A stretch of 61,423 bases of DNA, filler included, from Choristocarpus tenellus KU-1152 (Eukaryota > Protista > Phaeophyceae), in NCBI GenBank assembly GCA_964200185.2. It is 10 parts of 10 records of this genome, joined end to end, with 100 filler letters (N's around TTAATTAATTAA, not from the genome) between each part and the next. Parts side by side here need not be neighbours in the genome. Positions count along the whole stretch, not along the records: positions 1 to 16,338 come from CAXNAD020000838.1; positions 16,439 to 21,356 come from CAXNAD020012539.1; positions 21,457 to 26,031 come from CAXNAD020013953.1; 7 more parts are not named here. One strand, written 5' to 3'. Of the stretch, positions 12,256 to 25,067 are shown piece after piece. The position numbers and the translations under genes are program-made. The first letter of the stretch is position 1; each line of letters starts with the position of its first letter. The notes beneath the pieces are model-generated. The model did not search any database and was not told where the DNA came from. It saw nothing but the letters and a program-made list of their open reading frames with translations.

Positions 12256-15200
12256 TCCTTATTATTGTCCAGGTTACTTTGTGTGGGAAGGACAGGGCTA
12301 GTAAAGACATGTTGCAGAAATATATTTGTCTCCTGATTGAGGGTAAGAAATCAATTCTTTAGATTTCGCTTGAAAGGACTATCAAATTGACATATGATTT
12401 GGTGTGAGTGTGTTGGAGAAAAGGCAATCTTTGGCAACCTTAGAGATGTGCCGAGGATCTATACCAGAAATCGTTGGAAAGGTGAACATTGCACCTCAAC
12501 TACCTTCCTTCCCTACCTCTACATCCTACGCATTGACTGGCACATACTACTGGCTTAGAAATGGATCAAATCAATCAGAAAAAAACGTTAAACTTGATTC
12601 TGTGGTAATGATAGTGATCCGATCTTCTTAACACTCTGCTAGATTCACTTCGACCATTTTCCCACTCCATGCCATTTATGTAGATTTTTACAGGTTGCAG
12701 GACTACTGTCCTGAATGTGGTGAGGATTAAAGAGAGGTCAGGTTGACGGACATCCCCCTGCTTGAGAAACATGCCTGTTGCTTTTTGTCTTTATGTGCAT
12801 CTCCATAATGGGAACCCCTGGCAAGATCATCCACCCTCCTTTTGTTCTCAAGAGCCATCTCCTATGTTGGGAAGAGGAGTTGCCATGTGATAAACTGGAA
12901 AATGTGATCTTTAAAAAGTGATGAGGGGGGGGAGAACACAATTCATGGAAATAGTTTCCAGAACAGTAACAACTGTGTAAGGAGATGCTTGAGTAAGTAG
13001 TCATGCTGGCAACATTGCACAAAGAACAGGCTTAATGCAAGATTCATCAGAACAAAACGTTGCACACAAAGTAAGGTAAAAACTATCACTCCTATAGTAA
13101 TTATGAAATGCAGTTGTCCTTATGTCGCATTGAGCCAATGAGTCCAATTCGATCTGAATATTCTCGTGCATCAGACTGGTGAGAGAAAAGAAGATGTCCT
13201 ACCCCTGCAGACCGATAGAAAATGAGATAAAGTGAGAATACAGGTGATTAACTTGTTGGACATGTGGGAAACAGCAATGGAGTTCGAATGGGGACTTCTT
13301 GCCTTGTTCCGGAAGAAGTTCTGCCTTGCCTCTTCCTTGAACCTGCCTTGACCTCTGAAATCCACACGCCCTCCCACCATACCTATCCCCTCTTGTGGCA
13401 ATGACCTTGCCTCTCCTCTCTGTTCCTCTTTTGCTAGTGACTCTACATTTGTCTCCACCTCCGTACAGCCAACAACCTTACCCTTGCTCTCCGTTTTCTC
13501 AATCCTTGGCTCTCCACTTCCCAGTGCTTGTTCTGCAATGACATGTGCTCTGGGTGCCCACCTCTCTTGCCGCAAAATTTTGTTTTCCTGGAGTTCCTCC
13601 CTGACAAGGGCGTCCAGCATAAGTTTGTTGCAACCAAGGCAATTGGTTCCGTGATGGAAAAGGTAATGTTTAGAGTTGACATTGAAAATGTAGTTTGTAT
13701 GCCTGATTGATATTATTATTATTGTAGTATGCAGGTAGAGTATACCACAGTACATGCTACTTGAACACTTTTGAGTACTCTGAAGCCGAGCGCCTACAGT
13801 AGCACTCTGGGTTGTGGTAGCATCTACTTCCATTGTATACCCATTGTGTCCAAGGGGGTATGCAGTTGAATTCCTGGAGCACACCCCCCCCCCCCCCCCC
13901 CCCCCCCCCCTTTCCACATTTTTCCACGGCAACTCGCGAGGTTTGGTTTTTCGGNNNNNNNNNNCCCCCCCCCAATAGCCTGCTCTTACACATTTTCAGG
14001 GTGACAGTTCCGGTTTTTCGTTAATGAGGTAAGCATCCAAACGTTTGGGTGAACGTATCGAATGCTCTTGGCAGTGGCATGTCCAAGAAGGTTCTCCAAA
14101 CATGTATTCAATATTGTCGAATGAGGTAGTAGACTAGCAAAGGTCAGAGCTTGAGTTGTGCACACAAGAGTTGTTTGCTCAGCCAGCACATTCAGCAAGC
14201 AAATAGGTCACCCTCCTTTTGCTTGGGAACAAGCGTGCGCCCGGCCACATGTAGTGTGTACTCACAAACACGCGATCTACTTGATTCTAGGATAACACAC
14301 CAGGGATCCGGTCAGAAATTTTGAGTCCGTGAAGTCCTTGTATGTGCAATTATCTCGGCATTTCCTTCAAAAAGAAGTCATTAATTATTCCATAGTCCTC
14401 TCTTACCTAGACTTGCTCAAACTTCCCTTTGATATTCTAGCCCCCTCCACTCCGTGTGAGATCAGGTTTGACACCTTTCTACCTCTCTCTTTCCCTTGGT
14501 ACCCATCTTGAGCTAAGCTAAGGTCCTCTCTTAGGGACAGGGGAGATACGCTCAAGTTGGTACTTGTCACCTGCGAATTTGTGTATATGTTTGGATGGTG
14601 CATCATATATGACGTGACGATCTCAATCCTGGGTCTCAAGAGAAGTCATCCACTAAAGATTGGAGACTAAGGTCAGTAAGGTAAATAAAGTACATGATAT
14701 GATGAATAGGAACAAGACTTCACCAAGTTTTCATAAAGATATGCAAGAGCCTGGCATCGAGTATGGAAGTGACGCTGGTCCCAACAACTCCTATATTGCT
14801 GCAGTTATAACCACAATCAAAAGAGATAGCGTGGAAATGCCGTCCACATATAATAATAATAATCCAGCCGTGTTGGAGAGTAATAGACTCACAAGAAAGT
14901 TGGAAATGGAACTCGGGGCAAAGGTGGGATGGGTTAGGAGTCTTGCAGCCAGATATCATCTCAAATCGGAGCCAATCGTGGATATTGCAGCATACAAAGC
15001 ATTCCATTGATGCCAGTGATGAAAATCAATTGGTTGAGGGGAATTGGGGATACTGCAGAGTGAACGCAATTATTGGCCCAAGATGCCATACAGGTTGTAT
15101 CCCTAGGTGCGATTTGTGCTCTTAATCTCCTCCCCTGCCGCTCAGTCTTTCTAGCATCATCATATTTTTGTCTAATTTATTTGTAGTAATTGTTGCACGA

Positions 15201-15942
15201 ATCTTTCATCTGTCATTAATTCTATGAAGGGAATCAATGCAGTTCTCCTCAACACTGTAAAATATCCAACATGTTTTCCAGCAGCCAAAAAAAGGAGTGT
15301 GAATACCAGCAGATCATTCTTAACTGAAGAAAAGTGGCGTTTACCAAATCAATCGTTCCAAGCGAAGTCGAGGAGTTTCTCCACCTAGAAGATATGTTGT
15401 ACTCCCTCACAATGCCCGGGGGGTTAGCTCAAGGGCAAGCACAGAGCTGTAGCTCGGAAATTCATATTTTGGTTTGAAAACTGCAACTCTGAGAAACATG
15501 AAAAGCAGACAAGGCCCACATAAGCCCTTCAGCTTAGTGCCTAGATTTCTAGTACTACCTTCTCTTTTTTCCAGATAAAAATATATTTTTGATTTGTTGA
15601 GCATAATAGCATGTTTTGCTTCTATCAAGGTCTCAATAGTCACGTGGAGGTATAGCAAGGTTAAGAGATCAAGATCAAGGTTTATAAAGTGCTGTGGTGG
15701 AATCATATTATACCTGGGGAATCATATTATAAAATGAACCTTGATCTTAACACATAAAATTCTGATCAGCTGTGGAGGAATCATATTATACCTGGGGAAC
15801 AACGCCTCTTGTAAGTCCTTCCGCCCCACCCTTGCCCCTCTTCATGGTGTATGATAGGAGCTTGCTGATGTGGGTCTGCAGGCAGCTTCCTCGAAGTAGC
15901 TTGATAAAATGGCAAGAGTAGAGGTGTACATTAAGATGGTTA

Positions 15943-16066
15943 ATAAAGATGGTTGTTAAGAGGTATACCTTAAGATGGTTATGAGTGGTGAACAAGGGTT
16001 CAATATAAAGATGGTTGTTAAGAGGTATACCTTAAGATGGTTATGAGTGGTGAACAAGGGTTCAAT
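15943..16066. repeat. Tandem duplication, 2 x 62 bp
   Basis: ataaagatggttgttaagaggtataccttaagatggttatgagtggtgaacaagggttcaat occurs twice in tandem. Confidence 0.9.
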
Positions 16067-16243
16067 ATATTTTCGATAAAAAAGGTGAACATGGAGCAAA
16101 GGGTGAGGGGTTTCGTGGAGGTACAACCCCAGGGGGCAATGGTGGCAAAGTACTCTTTGGTCATAGATAAGGGTGAGAGCATGGATAGGGGTGAGGCTAA
16201 TGAGCAGAGGCGTGCATGTGATGGGAGACAATGGGTATGAAGT

Positions 16244-16287
<44 letters not shown>

Positions 16288-16338
16288 GACTGTGTTTTTT
16301 TTTTTTTTTAGTTATTTTTTGAAACAAAAAAAAAAAAA

Positions 16339-16438
16339 NNNNNNNNNNNNNNNNNNNNNNNNNNNNNNNNNNNNNNNNNNNNTTAATTAATTAANNNNNN
16401 NNNNNNNNNNNNNNNNNNNNNNNNNNNNNNNNNNNNNN
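16339..16438. other. Artificial contig-joining spacer (N44-TTAATTAATTAA-N44). Identical spacers at 21357-21456, 26032-26131, 33656-33755, 36962-37061, 45038-45137, 48003-48102, 50813-50912 and 54518-54617
   Basis: Nine identical 100-bp blocks with a six-frame stop linker flanked by Ns. Short 10-N scaffold gaps also occur at 13955-13964, 27361-27370 and 31123-31132. Confidence 0.98.
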
Positions 16439-16516
16439 CTCACAAATCACCAACCCCCTCCCCCCCCCAAGATACTTTGACCCATAGTACAATGACAATC
16501 TCTCGAATGAACTCAC

Positions 16517-19500
16517 ATCAATAGGTCTAAAGATCATCTTCAGAGCCAGGAAGTTAGTCAGGTACCCCACCTGCCGACAGTTACACAGGACTGCGTTGAA
16601 CACTTTATTGCTATCACTAATCATCCTCACTAGAGTTATAGGGGTATCTCAGTTTGAATGACTTGAATGGAGATAGAAGGTTATCACAGCTCTATCCACA
16701 GCTCACAAAACAGGCAATGGAGAGGAGTGGGGGAGTCGTTGTCAGGGCGGAAAAAACTCAGCAGCAACCAACCACTACTCAAGTACACAAACGTACTTGT
16801 TCGTGACATTTACTGTGTAACTGCTGCATTACTCTTGAGTATAGTGCATCGTCACCTTCATACATTGCTACATGCGTACAGAATTGTATCATGTCTATAG
16901 CCCAAAGGAATGAAGTCCAATCCATGAAATTTATCCTCTGTGAATCTGGGCCCTCCAGAACAGGCACATTACGTGTTTCAAGGGAATCACAGAACTGCTA
17001 AAAAATAATGTTTAGTACCTTGAATGCATCATAAAGAAATATATTACTTACATGCATTCCTCAAAAAGGAGCAACGAGGTCCGATGTTACTAAAAAAATA
17101 AAAATAACTATCAACGCAACAGAAAGTTACAAAAAAGTATAAAAAAATGAAGACATTACAGTTTTGTACTGATGTTGTGTAGGGTATCATATGCACCAAT
17201 ACAATAGCCTAAAAGCCCCATCCAGCAAATAGAACAGGTTCATCCTGTAACCTCACCTATTGAGAAAAAACACACGGTCATGATCTACATAGGCTATTAC
17301 TTACATGCATTCTTCAAAAAATAAAACAAAGCTTCTCGAATAACACATTTTCAATAGTATATTCACATTCACGATAACTGGTACTTTTACAGGGGTTTGC
17401 TCTTATGATATTGAATTGGCTTTTCCCCTGACACATCTGCAAAATGTCAGAGGGCAAAATAATATTAGGAGGGGAGTGGTGTAGCATAGGTGGTAGTAAA
17501 ATAGCAAATATAAGACAGAAAAATGCCTTTCACATTTACGACAACTGTTACTTTTCCAGGGGTTACGATATTTAATTGGATTTTCATTGGTTTTTCCCCT
17601 GACACACCTGCAAGATGTCAGAGGACATAATAATAAATACGGGGGGGGGTTCTATGGGTCGGTAAAACAGTGTAAAGTATATTGCTGGTGGTATATGCCA
17701 AACCCAGTATACCATTATTGATACTTAACTGCCATATCGTACCACCAACCAAAACCGTAGCCCACCAAAATATTCCTAAAAGTGAGCTGCAGATAAACGT
17801 GAAAAAAGTGGCGGTACAAGCTATAAACTGCTTACAGTACCCTGAAAATTTGTCTCTAAATGCTCCAGAGTATCTTAAAATGGACCACCCATACTACCCT
17901 CCCCCACCTCACCCTTACTCACACCCCCCCCCCCCCCCCCCCCCCCCCCCCGTAAAGCACTTGGTTCCTCTTGTAGATATAACTCCAAATACGATCAAGC
18001 ACTGAATTTTACCCTTTCAAAGCACAAACTATAGATCAATTGATTTATTTGTCTATCTGTAACTCCATTACGATAACAGATACTAACTGAGAGATCAAAA
18101 AATATCCCTACAGTGCACGTAGTACTTAATTTATTTAATTTTAGTTAGAAAAAAAAGAAAATGCACTCTGTGATAGTTTGTGTGTACTCTGTACTTAGCA
18201 GTCTCAACTCGGTTTAAGATAACAGAACTAGTCGCTGCAGTTACAGACATTTTCACCAGTTACAGACAGTTTCACCAGTTTGTGTCGCAAGACAGTCGAA
18301 CAACAATTGCATCAATTACATCTCACAAGCATCTCACAATAAAACCCCCCACAGGGAGCACCCACACTCCCTCATAGAAACACCACAGAATGGTCTGAAG
18401 GCAGCCGAACAGGAACCCAAATAATAGCCCTGACTTCTCTATGAAGGCGATCTCCTTCGCCCCCACCTCCATGAACACCTGCTCCATAAATGGAGTGCAA
18501 TTTTTTGAAAAGAAATATTTAGTGTGGGTATCACACATACGTGGTGATATGACTTAGAGCTCTAGTGCATGGTATCACCACCGGGTAGACTGTTCTCATT
18601 AAGAGTCATGGCAAGGTTGGATGCAGTTGATACTGTGCAAAACATCAAATTGAACAGGCTCACACAATCAACCAATAGATTGTTTGCATCACCTTACTGC
18701 ACCCAATGGGACAGATAGTGCGTTTCACCCCAACCAACAGAGTAAGTTATGTGGCACATTGAAACAACAGGATACCTTGAAAGTCACACTTGAACCAATA
18801 GAACAGCTTGCATGGCAGAATGAACCAATAAAATCAAGTTGTTATTAATTTCACCAATGAAACAGCTTGTGAGACACACTGAACCTATAGGGTAGGTTGG
18901 CTGTGTCGCAACAAATAAATGAGATGACTTGTGTGGAAAATCGATCAACAGGATATGGGTGTCACAATAAACCAACAAAACCAACAAAAAAGGCGGTTAC
19001 GTTGAACCAATGGAGTAACTTCTATGGCACACTGAACCAATTGGATAGCTTGTGTCTCAAAGTAAACCAACAAAACAGCTTCTGTGACACATTGAACAAA
19101 TAGAACACCTTGCATGTCATGTCACATTGGACCAATAGAATGGGTTCATCCATTCACCCTCAAATACATGTGACTGTCAGTGACTACTCCTTCACCCTAC
19201 ACATGGCAATTGGTCAATGCCTCATCACCTTGTTCATAAGGGACTTGTTCTTCACCATGTTGGAAACTACCATGTCCTCCAGGTCCAGCACATCGTGAAT
19301 ATTGTCCTTGATGTCCTGATGTGGTGTGAAATCACAGCAACGTTTACAGATTGTACTCATACAACTCTTGAATGTGTTTACAAAGTATAGACATAACAAC
19401 GTTTACAGATTGTACTCATACAACTCTTGAATGTGTTTACAAAGTATAGACATAACAATATTCCCTAAGGTGAAGGTAAGGGTCAGATAACAAAAATATA

Positions 19501-20344
19501 TCCTTACATTGTGCTACTCGTAGTTTGTAGTATAACACTACATGCTATCATACCATCTAAAGAGTTACTCCAACAAGAGCTACAAACCTAACTCATTGAA
19601 AAAAACTGTTAGGGTTATGAAAAGGCTGGGTGGGATTCCTACTGCACTGAGCTTGAGGAGGGATACATGTTAGGGTATACAAAAAAGGAAAGTCCTCCTC
19701 CACGTAATTGTCACCTCCTGCTACGTCTCAACCTTGACAAGACAATTCACACAGGGGTTACGCCTAGTCTCTTATACTACTATGTACCACATAGGGCAAA
19801 ATTTTGGGGGTGCATAGGGTGTAAAAATGAAAAATAAATGGTACCTGGGCCTTTATCACAATCAGGGGTTATCTTCTCTTCCACAGTCACGCCCTCCCCC
19901 TAAGGGGGGTTAACTCAACCCCAGGAATTGGCATGGTTCATAGTGCTCAAGGTTCAAAAAGGCCTTCGAAAACCAAAAGGGAAAAAATCGACCCCCCTTT
20001 GAGATGGTTTCACTCTCGATTAAAAGTACAACTCTTCCTAAACTTAACCCTAACCCTAACCCAATGCTAGTTTAATCTATGTTAGCATATCTCTCGGATG
20101 ATTGGTTCCCTTTCAGAACAAGGCCAGTGGCAGGTATGTATGTTCACCTCTGTATCACACTGCTATGGCAGTCAAAGACAATAAAAGACAAAAAAAAGTC
20201 ACGCCTTCCATCGGCTAAGTGACACAGATACCGCCAATCAAGGTAAGGAGAGCCTCAGTGCTTCTCCTCTACTCACCGTCATGAAGGCCCTCATGAAGGT
20301 GGGAATATCCTCCAACGCCTTGAGTACGATGTCATCTTTCACTT
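16517..20344 (-). CDS. DUF445-family membrane protein, partial (4 internal exons)
   Basis: GT-AG exons 20344-20277, 19315-19229, 18478-18338 and 16570-16517 join in frame: EVKDDIVLKALEDIPTFMRAFMT|DIKDNIHDVLDLEDMVVSNMVKNKSLMNK|VFMEVGAKEIAFIEKSGLLFGFLFGCLQTILWCFYEGVWVLPVGGFI|VGYLTNFLALKMIFRPID. The motifs GYxTNxLALKMIFRP and ExxFIxxSGxxFGFLFG are typical of DUF445 proteins. Confidence 0.85.
18665..19140 (+). repeat. Diverged ~30-bp-period array of CCAAT-box-like units (~16 units) in a DUF445 intron
   Basis: CCAAT/CCAAC-like cores at 18672, 18703, 18734, 18764, 18795, 18825, 18854, 18884, ~18915, 18945, 18972, 19007, 19037, 19067, 19097 and 19132. Loose consensus TGAACCAAYAGRAYAGCTTGYRTSACACA. 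Confidence 0.8.
19338..19458. repeat. Perfect tandem duplication, 2 x 59 bp (intronic)
   Basis: caacgtttacagattgtactcatacaactcttgaatgtgtttacaaagtatagacataa repeated directly. Confidence 0.92.
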
Positions 20345-21456
20345 CTGCTCCAAAGAGCAGGGAATGAGTGCGAGAATCACTCAGTACTTCACATTAGCTT
20401 GTTAGGAACGATTCTCTAGTATTATTCTAAGAATACACACACAGACACACACACACATTCCGAAACATACCATCAAGAACAGTTACATCATCCTCTCATG
20501 TACAAAATATTGCAACTTTTTTCTCATCTTCAACAAAAGAGAAAAATAAAAAACAAAATAAAAAAACGAAACTGGTAAGAACTGACTGGGCACTGATGTA
20601 TCACCTCCCTGGTGAGTCCTTCCATATCCATTTCCAAAAGATAGAGTCACTCTATCTTGAGGGGTTATCGTGAGTGTATCTGGGACCCATGTGAATGCCT
20701 TCTGTTGTATGCATGTACTGCTATCACTCTGGAACGACACCACACTTACACGGACAAAACCCTCTCTCCTACTCGACAGCCACAGCCTCTAAGAGTGGGT
20801 TGCTGCACTTCAGGCAAGGAAATTTGGGCGTCGGGTAGATTTTTATTTTCTTTAATCCCCAAGCGCTAAAAAGGGAAAAGAGTAGACCTCCTCGTTCCAG
20901 GATAGAACGGCTCAGAGCATTCCAGGTATTACCCCACACAGGTACTACCCTAGACAGGTATTACCCTAGACAGGTATTATCCTACACAAAAAAGCACAGT
21001 GTACATCTCAGTGCTCAAGAGTAACCCATTGCTAGTTGCCCTACCTTGGTATGTGCTGAGCATACAGTGAAATATTGAAATGGAGCCAATTGCGATGGAA
21101 TATGGTTGAGTACACACTTCAAACTACACCTATTACAAAAGCTAGTGCGTGCGCAAATATACTGAGATGTTAAAAATAAAAAAATCATACGGAAGCAAAA
21201 GCATATGAAACACACAAAAGTTGCCATAGAGCATGTACAGATCCCACACGCATGACAGATACTCTTAATCGCCTCTCCAAGGTGTAGGACCCCCCCCCCC
21301 CACCCCCCCCCCCCCCCCTCTCCCTCTCTTTTTTTTCTCCAGCCGAACTCACAACANNNNNNNNNNNNNNNNNNNNNNNNNNNNNNNNNNNNNNNNNNNN
21401 TTAATTAATTAANNNNNNNNNNNNNNNNNNNNNNNNNNNNNNNNNNNNNNNNNNNN

Positions 21457-21631
21457 TGCACTGGGGGTGGGGGGATCGGCGTCCGTTTTTCACCCTTTTT
21501 TCTTTTTTCGATTTTCACTCTTTTAGTGTGATTTGGTTGTTGCGTCGGATTTGAAATGTCAGCAAAAAAAAAAAAGAGTTGTTTGACCGAAACGGACGCC
21601 CCATCACAACCCCCCCCCAGATACTTGACCC
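21457..21631 (-). mobile_element. Diverged MITE family A-related copy at contig start
   Basis: Contains gtgtgatttggttg...cgtcggat core and ends in cccccccagatacttgaccc. Confidence 0.65.
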
Positions 21632-21650
21632 TAGTTTTGGTTTGTTTCAA

Positions 21651-21681
21651 TAGGGTTAGGGTTAGGGTTAGGGTAAGGTTA
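21651..21681 (+). repeat. Interstitial telomere-like (TTAGGG)n. Similar short runs near 20045, 22193, 29820, 30605 and 48605
   Basis: tagggttagggttagggttagggtaaggtta seen directly. Confidence 0.8.
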
Positions 21682-22300
21682 CTCTGGTGTTGTTGAGTCC
21701 AAGGACGTTGATGGCACTGTGCAGTGTTGTCAATGCAGAGGGTTATGGTGCAAGGCCATAGATTGCATGGAACAGGTCAGGGCATCGATGATTTTATCTT
21801 TTGGCATGCACTTATCATCCCATACTAGTTTGTTGGTTGTGTGAGTTCCACCTGGTGTCGTGTTAGACTATTCATAGCATGCTATCGCGCTATCATCTTT
21901 GAAGGAAGCGAGCTTGGAAATACATTTGGTCCTGCATTCCGGCCCTAGTCAATGGGTAGGTAGGATGGGGGTGATACAGTAGACGATCTTGGAGCCCTCT
22001 GAAGTTTGAAAACATGAGAGGGGTCAAGTGAGTTCAATAGCTCATTGTCATTTTTTTTTGTGGTGGAAAGAGGCACCCGTGATTGGTTGATGATTCCACG
22101 CTATTGATTCTGTTTTTTTTCTGATGTTGCAGTGTCGAGTTATACATACGTATTTTGCCCTGTTTAGAGAGACCCCTACTATGTGTTTTTAGTTAGGGTT
22201 AGGGTTTCTTTTTGGTCATTCCGAAGGGCCAAGGATAAAATATACTTTTATGTTTTTAATTAGGGTTAGGGTCTTTTATATTATATATATATACCTGTAG

Positions 22301-22484
22301 ATGAGTTGGTTGGTGGGTTGATGCCTTTTTGGAACAGCGAGTTGGTTGGTGGGTTGATGCCTTTTTGGAACAATGAATTGGTTGGTGGGTTGATGCCTTT
22401 TTGGAACAATGAATTGGTTGGTGGGTTGATGCCTTTTTGGAACAATGAGTTGGTTGGTGGGTTGATGCCTTTTTGGAACAATGA
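22301..22484. repeat. Tandem minisatellite, 5 x 36 bp (ATGAGTTGGTTGGTGGGTTGATGCCTTTTTGGAACA)
   Basis: Near-identical head-to-tail units with no spacers. Confidence 0.95.
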
Positions 22485-22630
22485 CTGTTTCTCGAGTGTC
22501 CTCCTACTTGGCCCATGGATACCCCCCACCTAGCTCTTGTTTTTTTGTGTTAGAGGTGCCTGATCATATGTAACTAGTACTAATACCCTCACGTGTACAC
22601 TGTTTGCACCTATTGCACTGTTGATAGCAG

Positions 22631-22805
22631 CGGCGATGACTGCCAGTCTTTGATCTGGGACCTTAGCTCTGTTCCAAAGGCTGTAGATGATCCTATTCTT
22701 GCCTACACTGCCGAGGGAGAGATCAATCAGCTCCAATGGTCCACCAGTCAGCCAGAGTGGATAGCTATTGCATTCAACAATAAGATGCAGATACTTAGAG
22801 TGTGA
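22631..22805 (+). CDS. DCAF7: DDB1- and CUL4-associated factor 7 (WDR68/AN11-type WD40 protein), terminal exon
   Basis: After acceptor ...tagcag it reads [57 protein letters not shown], matching the highly conserved DCAF7 C-terminus ([15 protein letters not shown]...QPDWIAI....L.ILRV). Upstream exons were not found on this contig. Confidence 0.93.
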
Positions 22806-24142
22806 CAAGGACCCTATCAGGAATCATGTAGGCTCTGGAGAGAGTACAGCAAGCCATAGTTAGGGAATAGGCATGCAATATTGTGTGGTGGTACTTGACT
22901 CTGTTGTGGGTGATTGTGGGTATTAAGGTGTCTGTGCTTTGTGTTGGAGGATGTAAGTAGGACTGGGATGGTTATGGCGGTGGTGATCCCTGTAAGGAAT
23001 ACTGTTATCTTTGGGTTTATGGTGATGATGACCTCTTTTGGTTACTGCTATAGTTGTTATCTATTGTAAAAATGATAATCAGGACTTATCAGGACTTATG
23101 TGATGGCATTGGCATTGGCAGAGTTGCTACACATAGATGGTTTGGGAGATGACAACTTGTTGTACAAGATTACTAGAAAGGCAATTGGTAGTGGTTGGTT
23201 GCACTGAGGACACATTCTATTACATCAATCCAGCTGCATCTGTGTACCATTGGGTTCTCCTTGATATATGTGCCTGTTAGATGAGGTTGAACGGGAGACC
23301 TCTTCTATTGCCGTATTTTCACACCTCCTCAGCCTCAGGGGGGGGGGGGAGGCAAGCCAGGGTTGAAAAGGAGAAAAATAAGCAATGGAGTGTGGTATGT
23401 TGTTGGTGGTAGCCATACGAATACATTATTGATTTTTTAGTCAAATCCATGCTGTGTGATATGTGATTGAAGTTTCTTGTTCCTTGGGTGTCCTATGTGG
23501 AGGTGGTGTGTTTCATTGTTGTACCACCTGCCAATTTGCAGCAGTAGTCGTGGGACAATTGGGATTGTTGGTGTTATTTTTTTTATTATATATTGGGGCT
23601 AGGGTTAGGGTGTACAGTATGTTGAGGATGTGGTGGATGATAATGTGTCTTACGCTTTTTCTGTCTCTCTCTATTGATGTTATGTTTATTGTGTGTTGTG
23701 CAGTTGGTATTGATCGATTGGTTGGATTATTTCAAAGCACCTTCTTTGAAGGACTCTTACTTACATGCCTTTTTTTACTGAGTGAAGGGGCCGAAATAAT
23801 TTTTTTATCGACACGTTTTGTCTCTCCTCCCCCTGCTAGGCAGGGCTTTAACTTGATGCATGCATCCTCTTGTTGAGGAATGTCCTTAACTTCTCTTTGC
23901 CATCTGCCAGAACTGTAAATACCAAATCGATTGTTATTTATGGTGTGTTATGGTGTGTTTTGTCTCTCTCCTCCAGAGTTCCTTCTAGCATATGCAGACA
24001 TTATCTGCAGCTCCCCTTCCTCTGAGCTGTTTGTGAGGTAGTCCATGTAATAGTTGAAGTGCACAACAAAGCATCTAGAGGATTGAGAACATCAAACCTG
24101 ACCAATCAATCTCAGTGATGATGACAACAGGTAGTGCTGTGA

Positions 24143-24321
24143 GCCTCAAAGTGTCTGGGGGGGGGGTGGCAGCTGTCCATTTGGGGTCAACTTTTTCACG
24201 TTGTGATTTTTGTGTGATTTGGTTGCATACGTTGTATGGATAATGTAAGTGCACTTTTCCTGGTCATGGTCCAAATGGACACCCTGGTGTAGAACCCCCC
24301 CCCCCCCAGATACATTGGGTC
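24143..24321 (-). mobile_element. Complete MITE family A copy (179 bp)
   Basis: TIRs gcctcaaagtgtctggggggg ... cccccccagatacattgggtc. TGA on both sides (24140-24142 and 24322-24324). Confidence 0.88.
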
Positions 24322-24729
24322 TGAACTGAAGTATTTTGTGAATTTTCTGTTTTTAACACGGCATGAGATTTGTACCAGGACCATAAAACCACTGTTAATA
24401 GATGCTCTAATTTTGAGGACAAATCGGAGATTCCTGCCTCCCAGTTGTTGGGGGATGTCTAGATTATTTATTTGCCTTCTCACCTTTCTCTGTGGGGGGG
24501 GGGGGAAGATCAAAAACTAGTGTAGAAAGATAAACAAGCGGTCACTTGTAACGACTTTTTGCTCAAGAAAAAGAAACCGTATTATGTCCACATGAGATCG
24601 TTCCCTATGAACCAATGTTCATACTACTACTATGTATGGTTCCAGCCTATAGCCCTGGGAAGGTGGGTGAAGGCCAAGAATCCCAAGCAAGAGTCTGTTT
24701 GGCCTCTGCATCCCCACATTTCACACATT

Positions 24730-25067
24730 ATGTGTATGTGTATATACAAGTATGTATGTATGTATATATATAAGTATGTGTGTATGTATGTATGTATATA
24801 TATAAGTATGTGTGTATGTATGTATGTATATATATAAGTATGTGTGTATGTATGTATGTGTATATATATAAGTATTTGTGTATGTATGTATGTATATATG
24901 TAAGTATGTGTGTATGTATGTATATATATAAGTATGTGTGTATGTATGTATGTATATATATAAGTATGTGTGTATGTATGTATGTATATATATAAGTATG
25001 TATGTATGTATATGTGTGTGTATGTATGTATGTATATGTGTGTGTATATATATGTGTATGTATGTAT
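24730..25067. repeat. Compound (TATG/TA/TG) microsatellite with ~26-28 bp higher-order period
   Basis: Repeating taagtatgtgtgtatgtatgtatgtatatata units. Confidence 0.95.

Noticed and set aside
16383-16394. Recurring palindromic TTAATTAATTAA motif
   Set aside because: Always centred in exactly 44+44 Ns, so it is an artificial six-frame-stop linker. Adjacency of genes across these spacers has no biological meaning.
21651-21681. Chromosome end or telomere
   Set aside because: Only 3-5 units, internal and scattered through introns. These are interstitial TTAGGG microsatellites.
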